DNA from: Candidatus Eiseniibacteriota bacterium
GTDB taxonomy: Bacteria > Arandabacterota > Arandabacteria > JAGLYR01
Direction of reading: 5' to 3'
NCBI GenBank assembly: GCA_023132135.1
Contig: JAGLYR010000147.1
Coordinates: forward strand, 1-46,222
DNA: 46,222 nucleotides
In this document: piece after piece, positions 14,727-24,251 of the stretch
Layout: each line of letters opens with the position of its first letter
How positions within the stretch are numbered: the first letter of the stretch is position 1
Notes under the pieces: generated by a model
The model's input: only the letters and a program-made list of their open reading frames with translations
Told to the model about the DNA's origin: nothing
Databases searched by the model: none
Translations under genes and position numbers: made by a program

Positions 14727-15068
14727 CTACTTCAATGAGTATGACTCCTCAATGAAATGAGCGACATTCTTCTCTTCGATGTCACTCGCCTTATGTATCT
14801 TGATGTGCCTCATTTGCTTGCCTTTACCTTCCAGGATTTCATCTGGATCAGATAGCTCCGAACCCCTGTCGAAAATGACCGACACATATTTCTCGTAAGG
14901 CATAATGCCTACAAAGGCCCTTTCGCCTTTGAACAGGCATAGAGCATTCCACTTAATATCTTCCCTTGCTCCTCGGGATAGGCCGGAAGACAGTTCTCTC
15001 AGGAGAGATACGATATTTCGCTTTTCATCATCCAAGCCAAGAATGAATTCGCTTATTTCAGCAGTCAT
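14727..15068 (-). CDS. DUF1801 (YdhG-like) domain protein
   Basis: The track ORF extends to 15296 and overlaps the upstream gene. GAAAGGA lies 5 nt before the ATG at 15068. The 113-aa product MTAEISEFILGLDDEKRNIVSLLREL...VGIMPYEKYVSVIF...HIKIHKASDI matches the DUF1801 pattern. Confidence 0.65.
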   Translation of the reverse strand: MTAEISEFILGLDDEKRNIVSLLRELSSGLSRGAREDIKWNALCLFKGERAFVGIMPYEKYVSVIFDRGSELSDPDEILEGKGKQMRHIKIHKASDIEEKNVAHFIEESYSLK

Positions 15069-15100
15069 ACCTGTCCTTTCTTGAGGTCTAACGGCGGAGC

Positions 15101-15469
15101 TCACTGTGGAAATCCAGCTATCAGAAACGCCAGAATGGCCACGTTCACCGGAACCCCGATCTTGGAGTCCGGCCATCCCAGAATGCTCAGCACCAGTGAA
15201 AACCCGGCGGTGCAGAGCGCCAACCAGCGCCACCACGGAAACGGAGCGATTATCCCCACGCCCGCCGCGACAAAGGCAACTGCCGCAGCAAGCCACAGGA
15301 TCCCTACGAGCCGAATGCCGACATCTCCCACATCGACCGCGCCTGAAAGCAGAGTGGTCTTGTAGGGTGCATCCTTGAGAGTAGCGATTCTCCAGGGCAC
15401 AACGAAACCAACCAGATGTGCGAGTCCGTGAACGAACAGCACTATCGCGATGCCGATGCGCACTGCCAA
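15101..15469 (-). CDS. Small integral membrane protein (about 4 TM), unknown function
   Basis: 122-aa ORF with four hydrophobic helices: IGIAIVLFVHGLAHLVGFVV, IRLVGILWLAAAVAFVAAGVGII, WWRWLALCTAGFSLVLSILGW and VNVAILAFLIAGF. Confidence 0.6.
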   Translation of the reverse strand: MAVRIGIAIVLFVHGLAHLVGFVVPWRIATLKDAPYKTTLLSGAVDVGDVGIRLVGILWLAAAVAFVAAGVGIIAPFPWWRWLALCTAGFSLVLSILGWPDSKIGVPVNVAILAFLIAGFPQ

Positions 15470-15485
15470 CTCCCTTTCTCCACCA

Positions 15486-16277
15486 TCAATCCGTTAGTTC
15501 CCCGCCGAGGACCGTGATGGCCCGCCCTCCCAGATGCACCCGGTCACCCGCAACGCGGACTCTCACTACGCCTCCACGTGCTGATGCCTGATAACCTACG
15601 AGCTCATCCTTCCCAAGCCGCTTGCTCCAGAAGGGACCAAGACAGCAATGGGCCGACCCTGTCACTGGGTCTTCATCGATACCGACTGCCGGCGCGAAAA
15701 ACCGGGATACGAAATCATGTTCCCCAGACCCGGCAACGCTAGTAACCATGGTACCACGAATCGGCAACGCCCTCAGCTTGCCGAAGTCAGGCTTCAGCTT
15801 CCGCACCGTTTCCTCGGACTCCACCTCCACGAGATAGTCGTATTGGGTTCTGCCGACGTACTTGGGCACTACGCCCAACGCCTCACTCAGGCCGGCAGGG
15901 GCGCTCGCCGGTTCATCAGGAGTAGCGGGAAAACCGAGTTCGATTTCATCTCCCCTGCGCTCCGCTGTCAGCAACCCGCTTCGAGTATGAAACCGCGCTT
16001 GCTCCCGAGGAGCCAACAGACCGATTTCCCAGAGAACATGCGCGCTCGCCAGCGTGGCGTGACCGCACAATTCAACCTCGACGGCGGGGGTAAACCAGCG
16101 GAGACCGAAACCGTCCTCTTGCCTGTGCAAGAAGGCCGTTTCGGACAAGTTCATCTCTCGCGCCACATTCTGCATCCAGTCCGCATCCCGCGGTGCGGGC
16201 AGAATACAGACCCCAGCCGGGTTGCCTGTGAATAGCCGATCCGCGAACGCATCCACGTGAAAGATCTGCACTCCCAT
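15486..16277 (-). CDS. PhzF-family isomerase (phenazine biosynthesis-like protein)
   Basis: 263 aa. FHVDAFADRLFTGNPAGVCIL, EMNLSETAFL, LRWFTPAVEVELCGHATLASAHVL. AGGAGA SD lies 6 nt upstream. Confidence 0.85.
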   Translation of the reverse strand: MGVQIFHVDAFADRLFTGNPAGVCILPAPRDADWMQNVAREMNLSETAFLHRQEDGFGLRWFTPAVEVELCGHATLASAHVLWEIGLLAPREQARFHTRSGLLTAERRGDEIELGFPATPDEPASAPAGLSEALGVVPKYVGRTQYDYLVEVESEETVRKLKPDFGKLRALPIRGTMVTSVAGSGEHDFVSRFFAPAVGIDEDPVTGSAHCCLGPFWSKRLGKDELVGYQASARGGVVRVRVAGDRVHLGGRAITVLGGELTD

Positions 16278-16292
16278 GACGCTTCTCCTGGT

Positions 16293-17729
16293 TTACAGCC
16301 AGTCGGTATGGACAAATCCTTCCTCCGGGCGATCGGTACGCTGGTAGGTATGTGACCCGAAGGCATCGCGTTGGGCCTGGAGCAGGTTCTGAGGCAAGTT
16401 TGCCGTACGGTACCCATCGAAATACGCCAGGCTCGCGCTTGTTGCCGGAACCGGAATCCCCAGCGCGGCGGCTGCACGGACAGCCATTCGCCATCCCGCC
16501 TGATATCCCCCGATCTCTTCATTCAACCGACCGTCAAGCAGCAGACTGCGAAGACCCGGACGCGCTTCGTAGGCTTCCATGATCAAGCGGAGAAGATCTG
16601 CGCGAATAATACACCCGCCGGTCCAGATGCGTGCTACCTCCTTCGTACTGATGTTCCATCCGTATTCGTCCGAAGCCGACCGAATGAGATTCATTCCCTG
16701 GGCATAGGAGCAGACCGTGGCGGCATACAGACCGTCCCGCGCGGCGAGGAGCAGATCTCCTCTATCTGTCTCCGGAAAATCTTCGAGGGAGACCTTCATG
16801 ATCCCACTCGCCTCAACCCGGTCGGATTTGAGGGACGACAGCACGCGCGCTTCAAGCGCGGCCGTGATGGTGGGAATCGGAACACCCAGGGCCAACGCAG
16901 TCTCCACGGTCCAACGACCTGTTCCCTTCTGGCCGGCCCGATCCAGCACCAGGTCCACGAGCGGGCGGTTTGTATCCGGGTCCTTCACTGTCAGCACCTT
17001 TGCGGTGAGGCCGACCAGGAAAGACTCGAGAGGGCCCCGATTCCACTCCGCAAAAACAGCCGCAAGGTTGTCCGCATCAAGATCCAGCCCTTGCCTCAGA
17101 AGATCATACGCCTCTGCAATGAGCTGCATGACACCGTATTCAATTCCGTTGTGGACCATCTTCACGAAGTGTCCCGAACCGTCGGGACCGATATGGCTCA
17201 CGCACGGCCCCCACTCGGTCTTGGCCGCTATCGCCTCCAGAATCGGCTTCAGGTGCTCGTACGCATCCCGATTTCCCCCGGGCATGAGCGACGGTCCGAA
17301 GCGCGCTCCCCGCTCGCCCCCGGAGACTCCGAGGCCGAAGAAGCGGATTCCATTCTCACCAAGGGCCTCCTCGCGCCGGCGGGTATCCGCGAAATGGGAA
17401 TTCCCGCCATCGATAAGGATGTCACCCTTGTCCAGAAGGGGCGTGAGACTCTCCGCCACGCGATCAATCGCCTCACCGGCCTTGATCATCAGGAGAATGG
17501 AGCGAGGGCGCTCGAGCGCGCGTACGAATTCTTCCAGAGTCGTAGTTCCCGTGAACCGCTTTCCCGCGTTCTCCTCCACAAAGCGCGCCGTTTTGGCTTC
17601 GTCCCGGTTGTAAACCGCCACGGAGAACCCGTGATCTTCGATGTTGAGGGCCAGGTTCTTCCCCATCACCCCCAGCCCCATCACACCAATTCGTGCCTTC
17701 CCTTCATCGCTCCCGACTTTGTCTGTCAT
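16293..17729 (-). CDS. gnd: 6-phosphogluconate dehydrogenase, decarboxylating
   Basis: 478 aa. N-terminal Rossmann [29 protein letters not shown] aligns with E. coli Gnd. Gnd-like throughout ([15 protein letters not shown]). The start overlaps the tkt stop by 26 nt. Confidence 0.95.
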   Translation of the reverse strand: MTDKVGSDEGKARIGVMGLGVMGKNLALNIEDHGFSVAVYNRDEAKTARFVEENAGKRFTGTTTLEEFVRALERPRSILLMIKAGEAIDRVAESLTPLLDKGDILIDGGNSHFADTRRREEALGENGIRFFGLGVSGGERGARFGPSLMPGGNRDAYEHLKPILEAIAAKTEWGPCVSHIGPDGSGHFVKMVHNGIEYGVMQLIAEAYDLLRQGLDLDADNLAAVFAEWNRGPLESFLVGLTAKVLTVKDPDTNRPLVDLVLDRAGQKGTGRWTVETALALGVPIPTITAALEARVLSSLKSDRVEASGIMKVSLEDFPETDRGDLLLAARDGLYAATVCSYAQGMNLIRSASDEYGWNISTKEVARIWTGGCIIRADLLRLIMEAYEARPGLRSLLLDGRLNEEIGGYQAGWRMAVRAAAALGIPVPATSASLAYFDGYRTANLPQNLLQAQRDAFGSHTYQRTDRPEEGFVHTDWL

Positions 17730-19752
17730 CAGTGCTCACTCCGTTGCTAGCCATGGATATTTTCACCGCTTCCGCCACAGCCTCCGCCGTGAAGCCGAAT
17801 TCCTGCATGTTGGTCTCGCCGGGAGCAGACGCCCCGAATCGCTCTATTCCCAGAATCTCTCCGGCGTCTCCGACCCACCGCTCCCATCCCATGCGAACCC
17901 CCGCTTCGACCGCCACCCGCGCCTGCACCCTGGGCAACAAGACCGAATCCCGGTAGGCTTTGTCCTGGGCCTGGAAAGCTTCCCACGAGGGCATGGACAC
18001 CACGCGGGCGGCCACTCCTTCATCGGCCAGGAGTTCCTGCGCGGCCAAAGCCACATGCACCTCGGATCCTGTGGCGATGATGATGGCTTCCGGCTGCCCT
18101 TCCTCCGGGTCGGACATAATGTACGCGCCGCGCAAGACCCCGCGAGAGGGCCCGAAACGTTCCCGATCCAGGACGGGAAGTCCCTGCCGGCCGAGGACGA
18201 GGGCCGTAGGCCCGTCCACTCGCAGAATCGCATAGCGCCACGCCTCGGCCGCCTCGTTGGCGTCTCCCGGGCGAAACACGTGAAGGTTCGGGATGATCCG
18301 AAGCGCAGCGAGATGTTCGACGGGTTGATGGGTGGGTCCGTCCTCGCCCACAGCAATCGAATCGTGGGTCCACACAAAGATCACGGGAAGGCCGCTCATG
18401 GCCGCCAGCCTGACGGAAGGCTTCATGTAGTCAGAGAAGACGAAGAACGTCGCCGTATAAGGGCGGATCCCCCCGTGATAGGCCATGCCGTTGGCTATGG
18501 AACCCATGGCATGCTCCCGCACTCCGAAGTGAATATTTCGCCCATCTCCGGAGAGACCGTGGAAATCGCCCGCGTCCTTCAGGGCCGTGTTGGTGGAGCT
18601 GGAAAGATCCGCGTCCCCGCCCATGACCCGCGGCAAGTTTGCGGCAATTGCGTTGAGTGCGGATCCCGACGCTTTTCTTGTGGCAACGGACTCCCCGGAC
18701 TTCCACCGGGGCAGATCCGCGGCCCATCCCTCCGGGAGCCGGCCGGCCATGGCCAACCTCCATTCCTCGGCCAATTGGGGATGCTCGCGTGCATAGCCGT
18801 CGAGTCTCCTCTCCCAATCCTCGCGGGCATTTGCAGATTCATCTCCCCGGGAACGGAAACGGGCAACCGCCTCGTCCGGAACGTGGAAAACCCGATCGGG
18901 ATCCCAGCCCAATGCCTGTTTCGTCAGAGCCACTTCCTCCGCGCCCAGGGGGCTCCCGTGTGCCGAGGACTTCCCCTGCTTGTTCGGCGAGCCGTAACCC
19001 AGGGTGGTCTTGATCAAGAGGATCGAAGGGCGCCGTGAATCGGACTTCGCTTCCGCTATGGCCCGGTCCATCGCGTCGAGATCCTTGTCGCCCTCCTCCA
19101 CCCGGAGAACCTGCCATCCATGCGCTTCGTACCGCTTCGCGACATCTTCCGTGAACGCGAGGGATAATGGTCCCTCCAGAGACACGTCGTTGGCATCGTA
19201 TAGGCAAATCAGTTTCCCGAGTTGGAGGTGGCCGGCGAGGGAGGCGGCCTCGGCGGAGATCCCTTCCATGAGATCTCCATCGGAGACCATTGCGTAGGTG
19301 TAATGATCAACGAGAGTATGGCCGGGACGGTTGAAGCGCGCAGCCAGCGCCCGCTCGGCAATCGCCATTCCGACCGCGTTCGCCGCTCCCTGGCCCAGCG
19401 GACCCGTGGTCGCCTCGACGCCGGGTGCGCATCGGAACTCCGGGTGCCCGGGCGTTCGGGATCCCCACTGGCGAAAGGACCTGAGATCGTCCAGGGTCAC
19501 ATCGTACCCGGACAGGTGAAGAAGCGTGTAGAGCAACGCGCTCCCATGGCCCGGAGAAAGAACGAACCGATCCCTATCCGGCCACTCCGGGGCCTTGGGA
19601 TCATGCTTGAGATGGCGGTGCCAGAGCACGAAAGCCATGGGCGCCGCACCCAGCGGAAGACCCGGATGGCCCGAGTTGGCCTGCTCAACCATATCGATCG
19701 AAAGGGTCCGGAGGGTGTTGATGCACAACCAATCCAATTCCTCGCTGTTCAT
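17704..19752 (-). CDS. tkt: Transketolase
   Basis: 682 aa. [28 protein letters not shown] is the ThDP-binding N-terminus. [10 protein letters not shown] and [19 protein letters not shown] are transketolase signatures. Confidence 0.95.
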   Translation of the reverse strand: MNSEELDWLCINTLRTLSIDMVEQANSGHPGLPLGAAPMAFVLWHRHLKHDPKAPEWPDRDRFVLSPGHGSALLYTLLHLSGYDVTLDDLRSFRQWGSRTPGHPEFRCAPGVEATTGPLGQGAANAVGMAIAERALAARFNRPGHTLVDHYTYAMVSDGDLMEGISAEAASLAGHLQLGKLICLYDANDVSLEGPLSLAFTEDVAKRYEAHGWQVLRVEEGDKDLDAMDRAIAEAKSDSRRPSILLIKTTLGYGSPNKQGKSSAHGSPLGAEEVALTKQALGWDPDRVFHVPDEAVARFRSRGDESANAREDWERRLDGYAREHPQLAEEWRLAMAGRLPEGWAADLPRWKSGESVATRKASGSALNAIAANLPRVMGGDADLSSSTNTALKDAGDFHGLSGDGRNIHFGVREHAMGSIANGMAYHGGIRPYTATFFVFSDYMKPSVRLAAMSGLPVIFVWTHDSIAVGEDGPTHQPVEHLAALRIIPNLHVFRPGDANEAAEAWRYAILRVDGPTALVLGRQGLPVLDRERFGPSRGVLRGAYIMSDPEEGQPEAIIIATGSEVHVALAAQELLADEGVAARVVSMPSWEAFQAQDKAYRDSVLLPRVQARVAVEAGVRMGWERWVGDAGEILGIERFGASAPGETNMQEFGFTAEAVAEAVKISMASNGVSTDDRQSRER

Positions 19753-19794
19753 TCTTCCTCCCCTTCAGCCACAGATTCGGTGGATGTTCTTTTC

Positions 19795-20499
19795 TTACTT
19801 CGCCGTGAGTCTTCCTGCCGCCGCGCGATCCAGGATCCACGTACCCCCGAGTGCCAGCTGCGCCGGGATCTTCCTGGGATCGTAAGGACCTTCGATCGCC
19901 CGGGCAACCATCTCCGCCTTTGCCTCACCGGCGACAAGGACGATGATGGAGCGAGCGGTCTCGATCACGGGTCTCGTGATGGTGATTCGAAATCTCGGCG
20001 AGATTGGTCCTTCGACGGGAAGCACCCGTCGAGTGGTTTCATCCAATGCCGGCGATCCCGGAAACAGAGACGCCGTGTGACCGTCCACCCCCATTCCCAG
20101 GAGCAGCAAATCCAATTCTGCAGGAAGCCGATTCTCATACTCGCGAGCGGCCTCCTGGCGATTTTCCTCTTCGCCCCGGATACGCTCTATTCCGGCAGGA
20201 CTCAAGCGCCCATTGCCAAGGAGGGTTTCATACACCATACGGTAGTTGCTCGCTGAATCCTCCGGAGGGACGCAGCGCTCATCTGAGAAGAGAAGATGAG
20301 TCTTGTTCCAGGGAATCTGCAGCGAGAACTCTTCACTCGCCAGCTTCTCGTAGACGGGTCTCGGAGTATCCCCGCCGGACACTGCAACGGTGCAAATGCC
20401 CCGCCCGTTCACAATTCGGTTCATCTCGGCGGCAATTCTCCCGGCCGCAACGAGGGCAAAACCTCCAGCACCCTCAGTCAGAACGAGTTCGGGCTGCAT
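19795..20499 (-). CDS. pgl: 6-phosphogluconolactonase
   Basis: 234 aa. AVSGGDTP and LLLGMGVDGHTASLFPG motifs. The start overlaps the zwf stop by 26 nt. Confidence 0.9.
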   Translation of the reverse strand: MQPELVLTEGAGGFALVAAGRIAAEMNRIVNGRGICTVAVSGGDTPRPVYEKLASEEFSLQIPWNKTHLLFSDERCVPPEDSASNYRMVYETLLGNGRLSPAGIERIRGEEENRQEAAREYENRLPAELDLLLLGMGVDGHTASLFPGSPALDETTRRVLPVEGPISPRFRITITRPVIETARSIIVLVAGEAKAEMVARAIEGPYDPRKIPAQLALGGTWILDRAAAGRLTAK

Positions 20500-22081
20500 C
20501 CCTGAAGCCTTTCCAGTGACACCCGTGCCTGCCGGTGAGTCTTCCGGCTTCGTCGGGCCCGGGAGATCCCGGTTTGTAGACCAGAACCGGTTCTGATCCG
20601 TTCTCCCACGCTTCGACGATGGGTGTCACGAATTCCCATTCCAGCTCGATCCCGTCCCGGCGTGCAAAGAGCATCTGGTCCCCCCGCATGCAATCGAGCA
20701 GGAGTCTCTCGTATGCCCCTCGAGGACTCTGTTCAAATGCACGCTCGTAGCTGAAGCTCATCTCCACTCCGCCGACCCAGAGATCATCCGCGGGCAGTTT
20801 GGTGGTGATGTCCAGGGCGATGCCTTCGTCGGGATCAATTCGAAGGACCAGCACGTTGCGAGGCACCAACGGACACGTGTCTTGTCCTCCAAACAGGCAG
20901 AAGGGAATCGGTTTGAAGTGGATCGCGACCTCGGTCACTTTCTCGCAGAGTCGCTTTCCTGCACGAACATAGAAGGGCACTCCTTGCCACCGCCAGTTAT
21001 CGATCATGACCTCGAGCGCGGCGTAGGTGGGTGTCCGAGAATCCGGATCGACGTTCTCCTCTTCCCGGTAGCCCTCATATTGGCCGAAAACAACGCGTCG
21101 CGTCACGTCTTCTCCCACAATGCGGCGAAGTGACCGAAACACCTTCGTCTTCTCATCGCGAATCGCATCGGCATCGAAGGAAGTGGGCGGTTCCATGGCG
21201 CAGAGAGCCAGAACCTGCAACAGATGATTCTGAATCACGTCGCGGATCACGCCGGTCTCGTCGTAGAAGTGGCCCCGACGCCCGATGCCGAGGGTCTCGG
21301 CCGCCGTGATCTGCACGTGATCTATGTACTTCTGATTCCAGATGGGCTCGAATATGGCATTTCCGAAGCGGAAAACCAGAATGTTCTGGACCGTTTCCTT
21401 GCCCAGGTAGTGGTCCACGCGGAAGGTTTGGCTCTCATCAAGGACCCGGGCAACGCGATCGTTGAGCTCCACTGAGCTCGCGAGATCCCGCCCGAAGGGT
21501 TTCTCGACCAGCACTCGCGGCCAGAGGGAGCCCTTCTCGCCGGTGACCGGCCTGAGGAGCCTTGCCTTCTCGAGGCCATCCAGGATTGTTGGGAACAGGC
21601 CGGCAGGGGTAGCGCAGTAGAAGAGAGTCCGGCCGTCGATCCCATGCTGTGCGCCGACTTCTTCGATTCGTGACCTCAGTTGTTCGTAGAGGTCTGGCCC
21701 CGAGAAATCTCCGTGCACGTAATCAATGGATGCGGCTACGTGGTCCCACGTTCCCCGGTCTACCGGCTGAGTTCGGGAGAATTCCTCCACCGATTTCCGA
21801 AGGAGATCTCGCAGTTGATCGGGACTCTGTTCGGCCCGCCCGACCCCGATCACCGGAAAGGGTTCCGGGAGAGCCGCGTCTCGAGCCAGATTGTAGATCG
21901 CCGGAACCAGCTTCCGCCGGGCCAGGTCTCCGGTGATTCCAAAGACCACCAGCGAGCACGCTTGAGGTTCTCCCTGCTTGAGAATGAGAACCCTCGAATC
22001 CGCAAAAGTACTGACTTCCGCCCTCGCGTCTTTCATCAGCCTGTACCTTTCGTGATATCGTGACAGAAGATGGTTATTCAC
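20474..22081 (-). CDS. zwf: Glucose-6-phosphate 1-dehydrogenase
   Basis: 535-aa ORF with a GTG start at 22081; the alternative ATG is at 22036. Motifs [15 protein letters not shown] and RVDHYLGKE. Confidence 0.95.
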   Translation of the reverse strand: MNNHLLSRYHERYRLMKDARAEVSTFADSRVLILKQGEPQACSLVVFGITGDLARRKLVPAIYNLARDAALPEPFPVIGVGRAEQSPDQLRDLLRKSVEEFSRTQPVDRGTWDHVAASIDYVHGDFSGPDLYEQLRSRIEEVGAQHGIDGRTLFYCATPAGLFPTILDGLEKARLLRPVTGEKGSLWPRVLVEKPFGRDLASSVELNDRVARVLDESQTFRVDHYLGKETVQNILVFRFGNAIFEPIWNQKYIDHVQITAAETLGIGRRGHFYDETGVIRDVIQNHLLQVLALCAMEPPTSFDADAIRDEKTKVFRSLRRIVGEDVTRRVVFGQYEGYREEENVDPDSRTPTYAALEVMIDNWRWQGVPFYVRAGKRLCEKVTEVAIHFKPIPFCLFGGQDTCPLVPRNVLVLRIDPDEGIALDITTKLPADDLWVGGVEMSFSYERAFEQSPRGAYERLLLDCMRGDQMLFARRDGIELEWEFVTPIVEAWENGSEPVLVYKPGSPGPDEAGRLTGRHGCHWKGFRDAARTRSD

Positions 22082-22396
22082 AATGTAGAATGGACATCTG
22101 CCTCGCGCAAGTCATGTTTTTCCCAGCAGTTGCTCGGAACATCCGGGTGCGGGGCGCGCCCGTAGGCCGCGGTCTTTACTTCTACCGACTCGTCTGGAAC
22201 GGCAAGAGCCGCACCCGCAGGCTGATCCTCGACTGAACGGCGTTTCCCTTATCACCATTACAAATACACCATTTCCAGACCTTTCCTTCAGGAGTCCGCC
22301 GGGCACTCGAGAGTACAATTCGGGTGTAGGCGGAATGATTCATCACCGACAACGGGGCGGTTCGCCCCACGGCACACCCGAGGAAAGGAGACCACC

Positions 22397-24244
22397 ATGC
22401 GAGCCCTTTTCATCACGCTGGCAATTCTGCTCGTTCCCGCCTCTGCGTCGACCCAGGAAGCGGTCCAGACCGACTGGTCGGGCGGCGGGGGCGCGGCCGG
22501 GCCCGTCGCCGACTGGGGCCACCGGTTCGATTCCGCGTCGGGCACATCCTCGCTGTCCGTGCCCGGGCAGCTGGCGCTCTCGGGGACGGCTCTCGCCTTT
22601 CCGTCCGTACACCTTCTGAGTGACGCCTACCAGGGCACGATCGGCGTCGCCGTGGGAGACGTCGACGGGGACGGCGACATGGACGTCGTCGGCACGGCGC
22701 AGACGACGCAACTCGTCACGCTGTTCGTCAACGAGGGTGGGGACCCCGTCACCTGGTCCGAACAGACCATTGCCACCCCGGCCGGCGCTGCCGGTGTGGA
22801 TCTCGCCGACATCGACGGCGACGGGGATCTCGACGTGGTCATCATGTGCGTGGCGCCCCGTAACAAGATCCTCCTCCGGCTCAACGAGGGCGGCGACCCC
22901 ATCATCTGGAGCAATCACGTGATCCAGAATCCGTGGTACGACGCCTGGGAGATCTCCACCGGCGACGTCAATGGCGACGGCCACATGGACGTGATGTGCA
23001 CCTGCTGGTCCATGGGCGATGTCTCCTGGTGGCGCAACGACGGTAACAATCCGATTACCTGGACAGAGAACCTCGTGGACGGGAACATCTTCGGCGCCCA
23101 CTCGGTCCGCGGCGCCGATTTCGACGAGGACGGTGACATGGATCTGGCGGTGGCGGCCGGCATGGCCGACAAGATCGCCGTTTACTGGAACGATGGCCAA
23201 GACCCTATCGGCTGGACGATGCAGGTCGTCCGGGAGAACTTCGAGGGGGCCCGCTCGGTCTGGATCGGCGACATCGATCGGGACGGGGACCCCGACATCG
23301 CCGGCATCTGCTGGGAGAGTGACCTGGCCTGGTGGCGGAACGACGGCGGCGATTCCGTCTCGTGGACCGAGCAGACAATCTGCACCGACTGCCACGGGGG
23401 ACATGCCTGCTGCATCGCGGACATCAACGGCGACGGCCGGCCGGACATCCTGGGCGCCTGCTCCAACAGCAACAAAATCGCCTGGTGGGAGAACGGCGGC
23501 GGCAATCCCATCACGTGGACCGAGCGCATCCTCGCCGGCCATTGGGAGGGCGCCATCACCGTCCGCGCCGCCGACCTGGACGGCGACGGCGACGTGGATC
23601 CGGTCGGCGCGTCCTGGACCATGGGCGAGTTCTCCTGGTGGGAGGCAACGGCATTCGCGTCCCCGGGAGACCTTACAAGCTCGATCCTCGACACGGGGGA
23701 GAAATCCCGTCTCGGGGCGATCGACTGGACGTCGATCGAACCCGCCGGCACGTCGGTCGCCTTCCAGGTTCGCAGTTCAGACGATCCCGCTGATCCCGGG
23801 GCCTGGTCGGCCGACATCACAAACCCCGGCGCTCTGCCTGAGCCCCTCGACCGTTACATCCAGTACCGGGTCTTCCTCGATACCACCGACCCCGACGTCT
23901 CCCCCATCCTCCACGACGTGACCTTCGGACCCGGGATGACCGCCGTAGAGATCGTCACTTCGGACCTGCCGGCCGCCGGTCTCTCCGCACACCCGAACCC
24001 CTTCAATCCTGCGGTCACCATCGCCTTCGGTCTCAGAACGGAATCGTCCGTCCGCCTGGACGTCCTCAACGTGGAAGGACGCCGCGTGCGAAGCCTGGCC
24101 GGGACCGTCATGGCCGCCGGCGACCACCGGATCGACTGGGACGGCCGGAACGACCACGGACAGGCCCTGCCGTCGGGCGTCTACTGGGTCCGCCTGGAGA
24201 CCCCAGACATCCAGGACACGCAGAAGCTCGTCCTCCTCCGATGA
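22397..24244 (+). CDS. Secreted FG-GAP/VCBS-repeat beta-propeller protein with T9SS-type CTD
   Basis: 615 aa. GAAAGGAG SD. Signal peptide MRALFITLAILLVPASAST. There are about eight repeats of the type GDVDGDGDMDVV...W. CTD reads HPNPFNPAVTIAFGL...GVYWVRL...QKLVLLR. Confidence 0.85.
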   Translation: MRALFITLAILLVPASASTQEAVQTDWSGGGGAAGPVADWGHRFDSASGTSSLSVPGQLALSGTALAFPSVHLLSDAYQGTIGVAVGDVDGDGDMDVVGTAQTTQLVTLFVNEGGDPVTWSEQTIATPAGAAGVDLADIDGDGDLDVVIMCVAPRNKILLRLNEGGDPIIWSNHVIQNPWYDAWEISTGDVNGDGHMDVMCTCWSMGDVSWWRNDGNNPITWTENLVDGNIFGAHSVRGADFDEDGDMDLAVAAGMADKIAVYWNDGQDPIGWTMQVVRENFEGARSVWIGDIDRDGDPDIAGICWESDLAWWRNDGGDSVSWTEQTICTDCHGGHACCIADINGDGRPDILGACSNSNKIAWWENGGGNPITWTERILAGHWEGAITVRAADLDGDGDVDPVGASWTMGEFSWWEATAFASPGDLTSSILDTGEKSRLGAIDWTSIEPAGTSVAFQVRSSDDPADPGAWSADITNPGALPEPLDRYIQYRVFLDTTDPDVSPILHDVTFGPGMTAVEIVTSDLPAAGLSAHPNPFNPAVTIAFGLRTESSVRLDVLNVEGRRVRSLAGTVMAAGDHRIDWDGRNDHGQALPSGVYWVRLETPDIQDTQKLVLLR

Positions 24245-24251
24245 ACCGTCT

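Noticed and set aside
22620-23600. Highly repetitive GACGGCGACGG-type DNA in the FG-GAP genes (also 3880-4760), considered as a CRISPR or tandem-repeat array.
   Set aside because: The repeats are in-frame codons for the D-x-D-G-D-G calcium-binding loops of FG-GAP repeats. Their spacing is irregular and protein-domain sized. There are no unique spacers and no cas genes.
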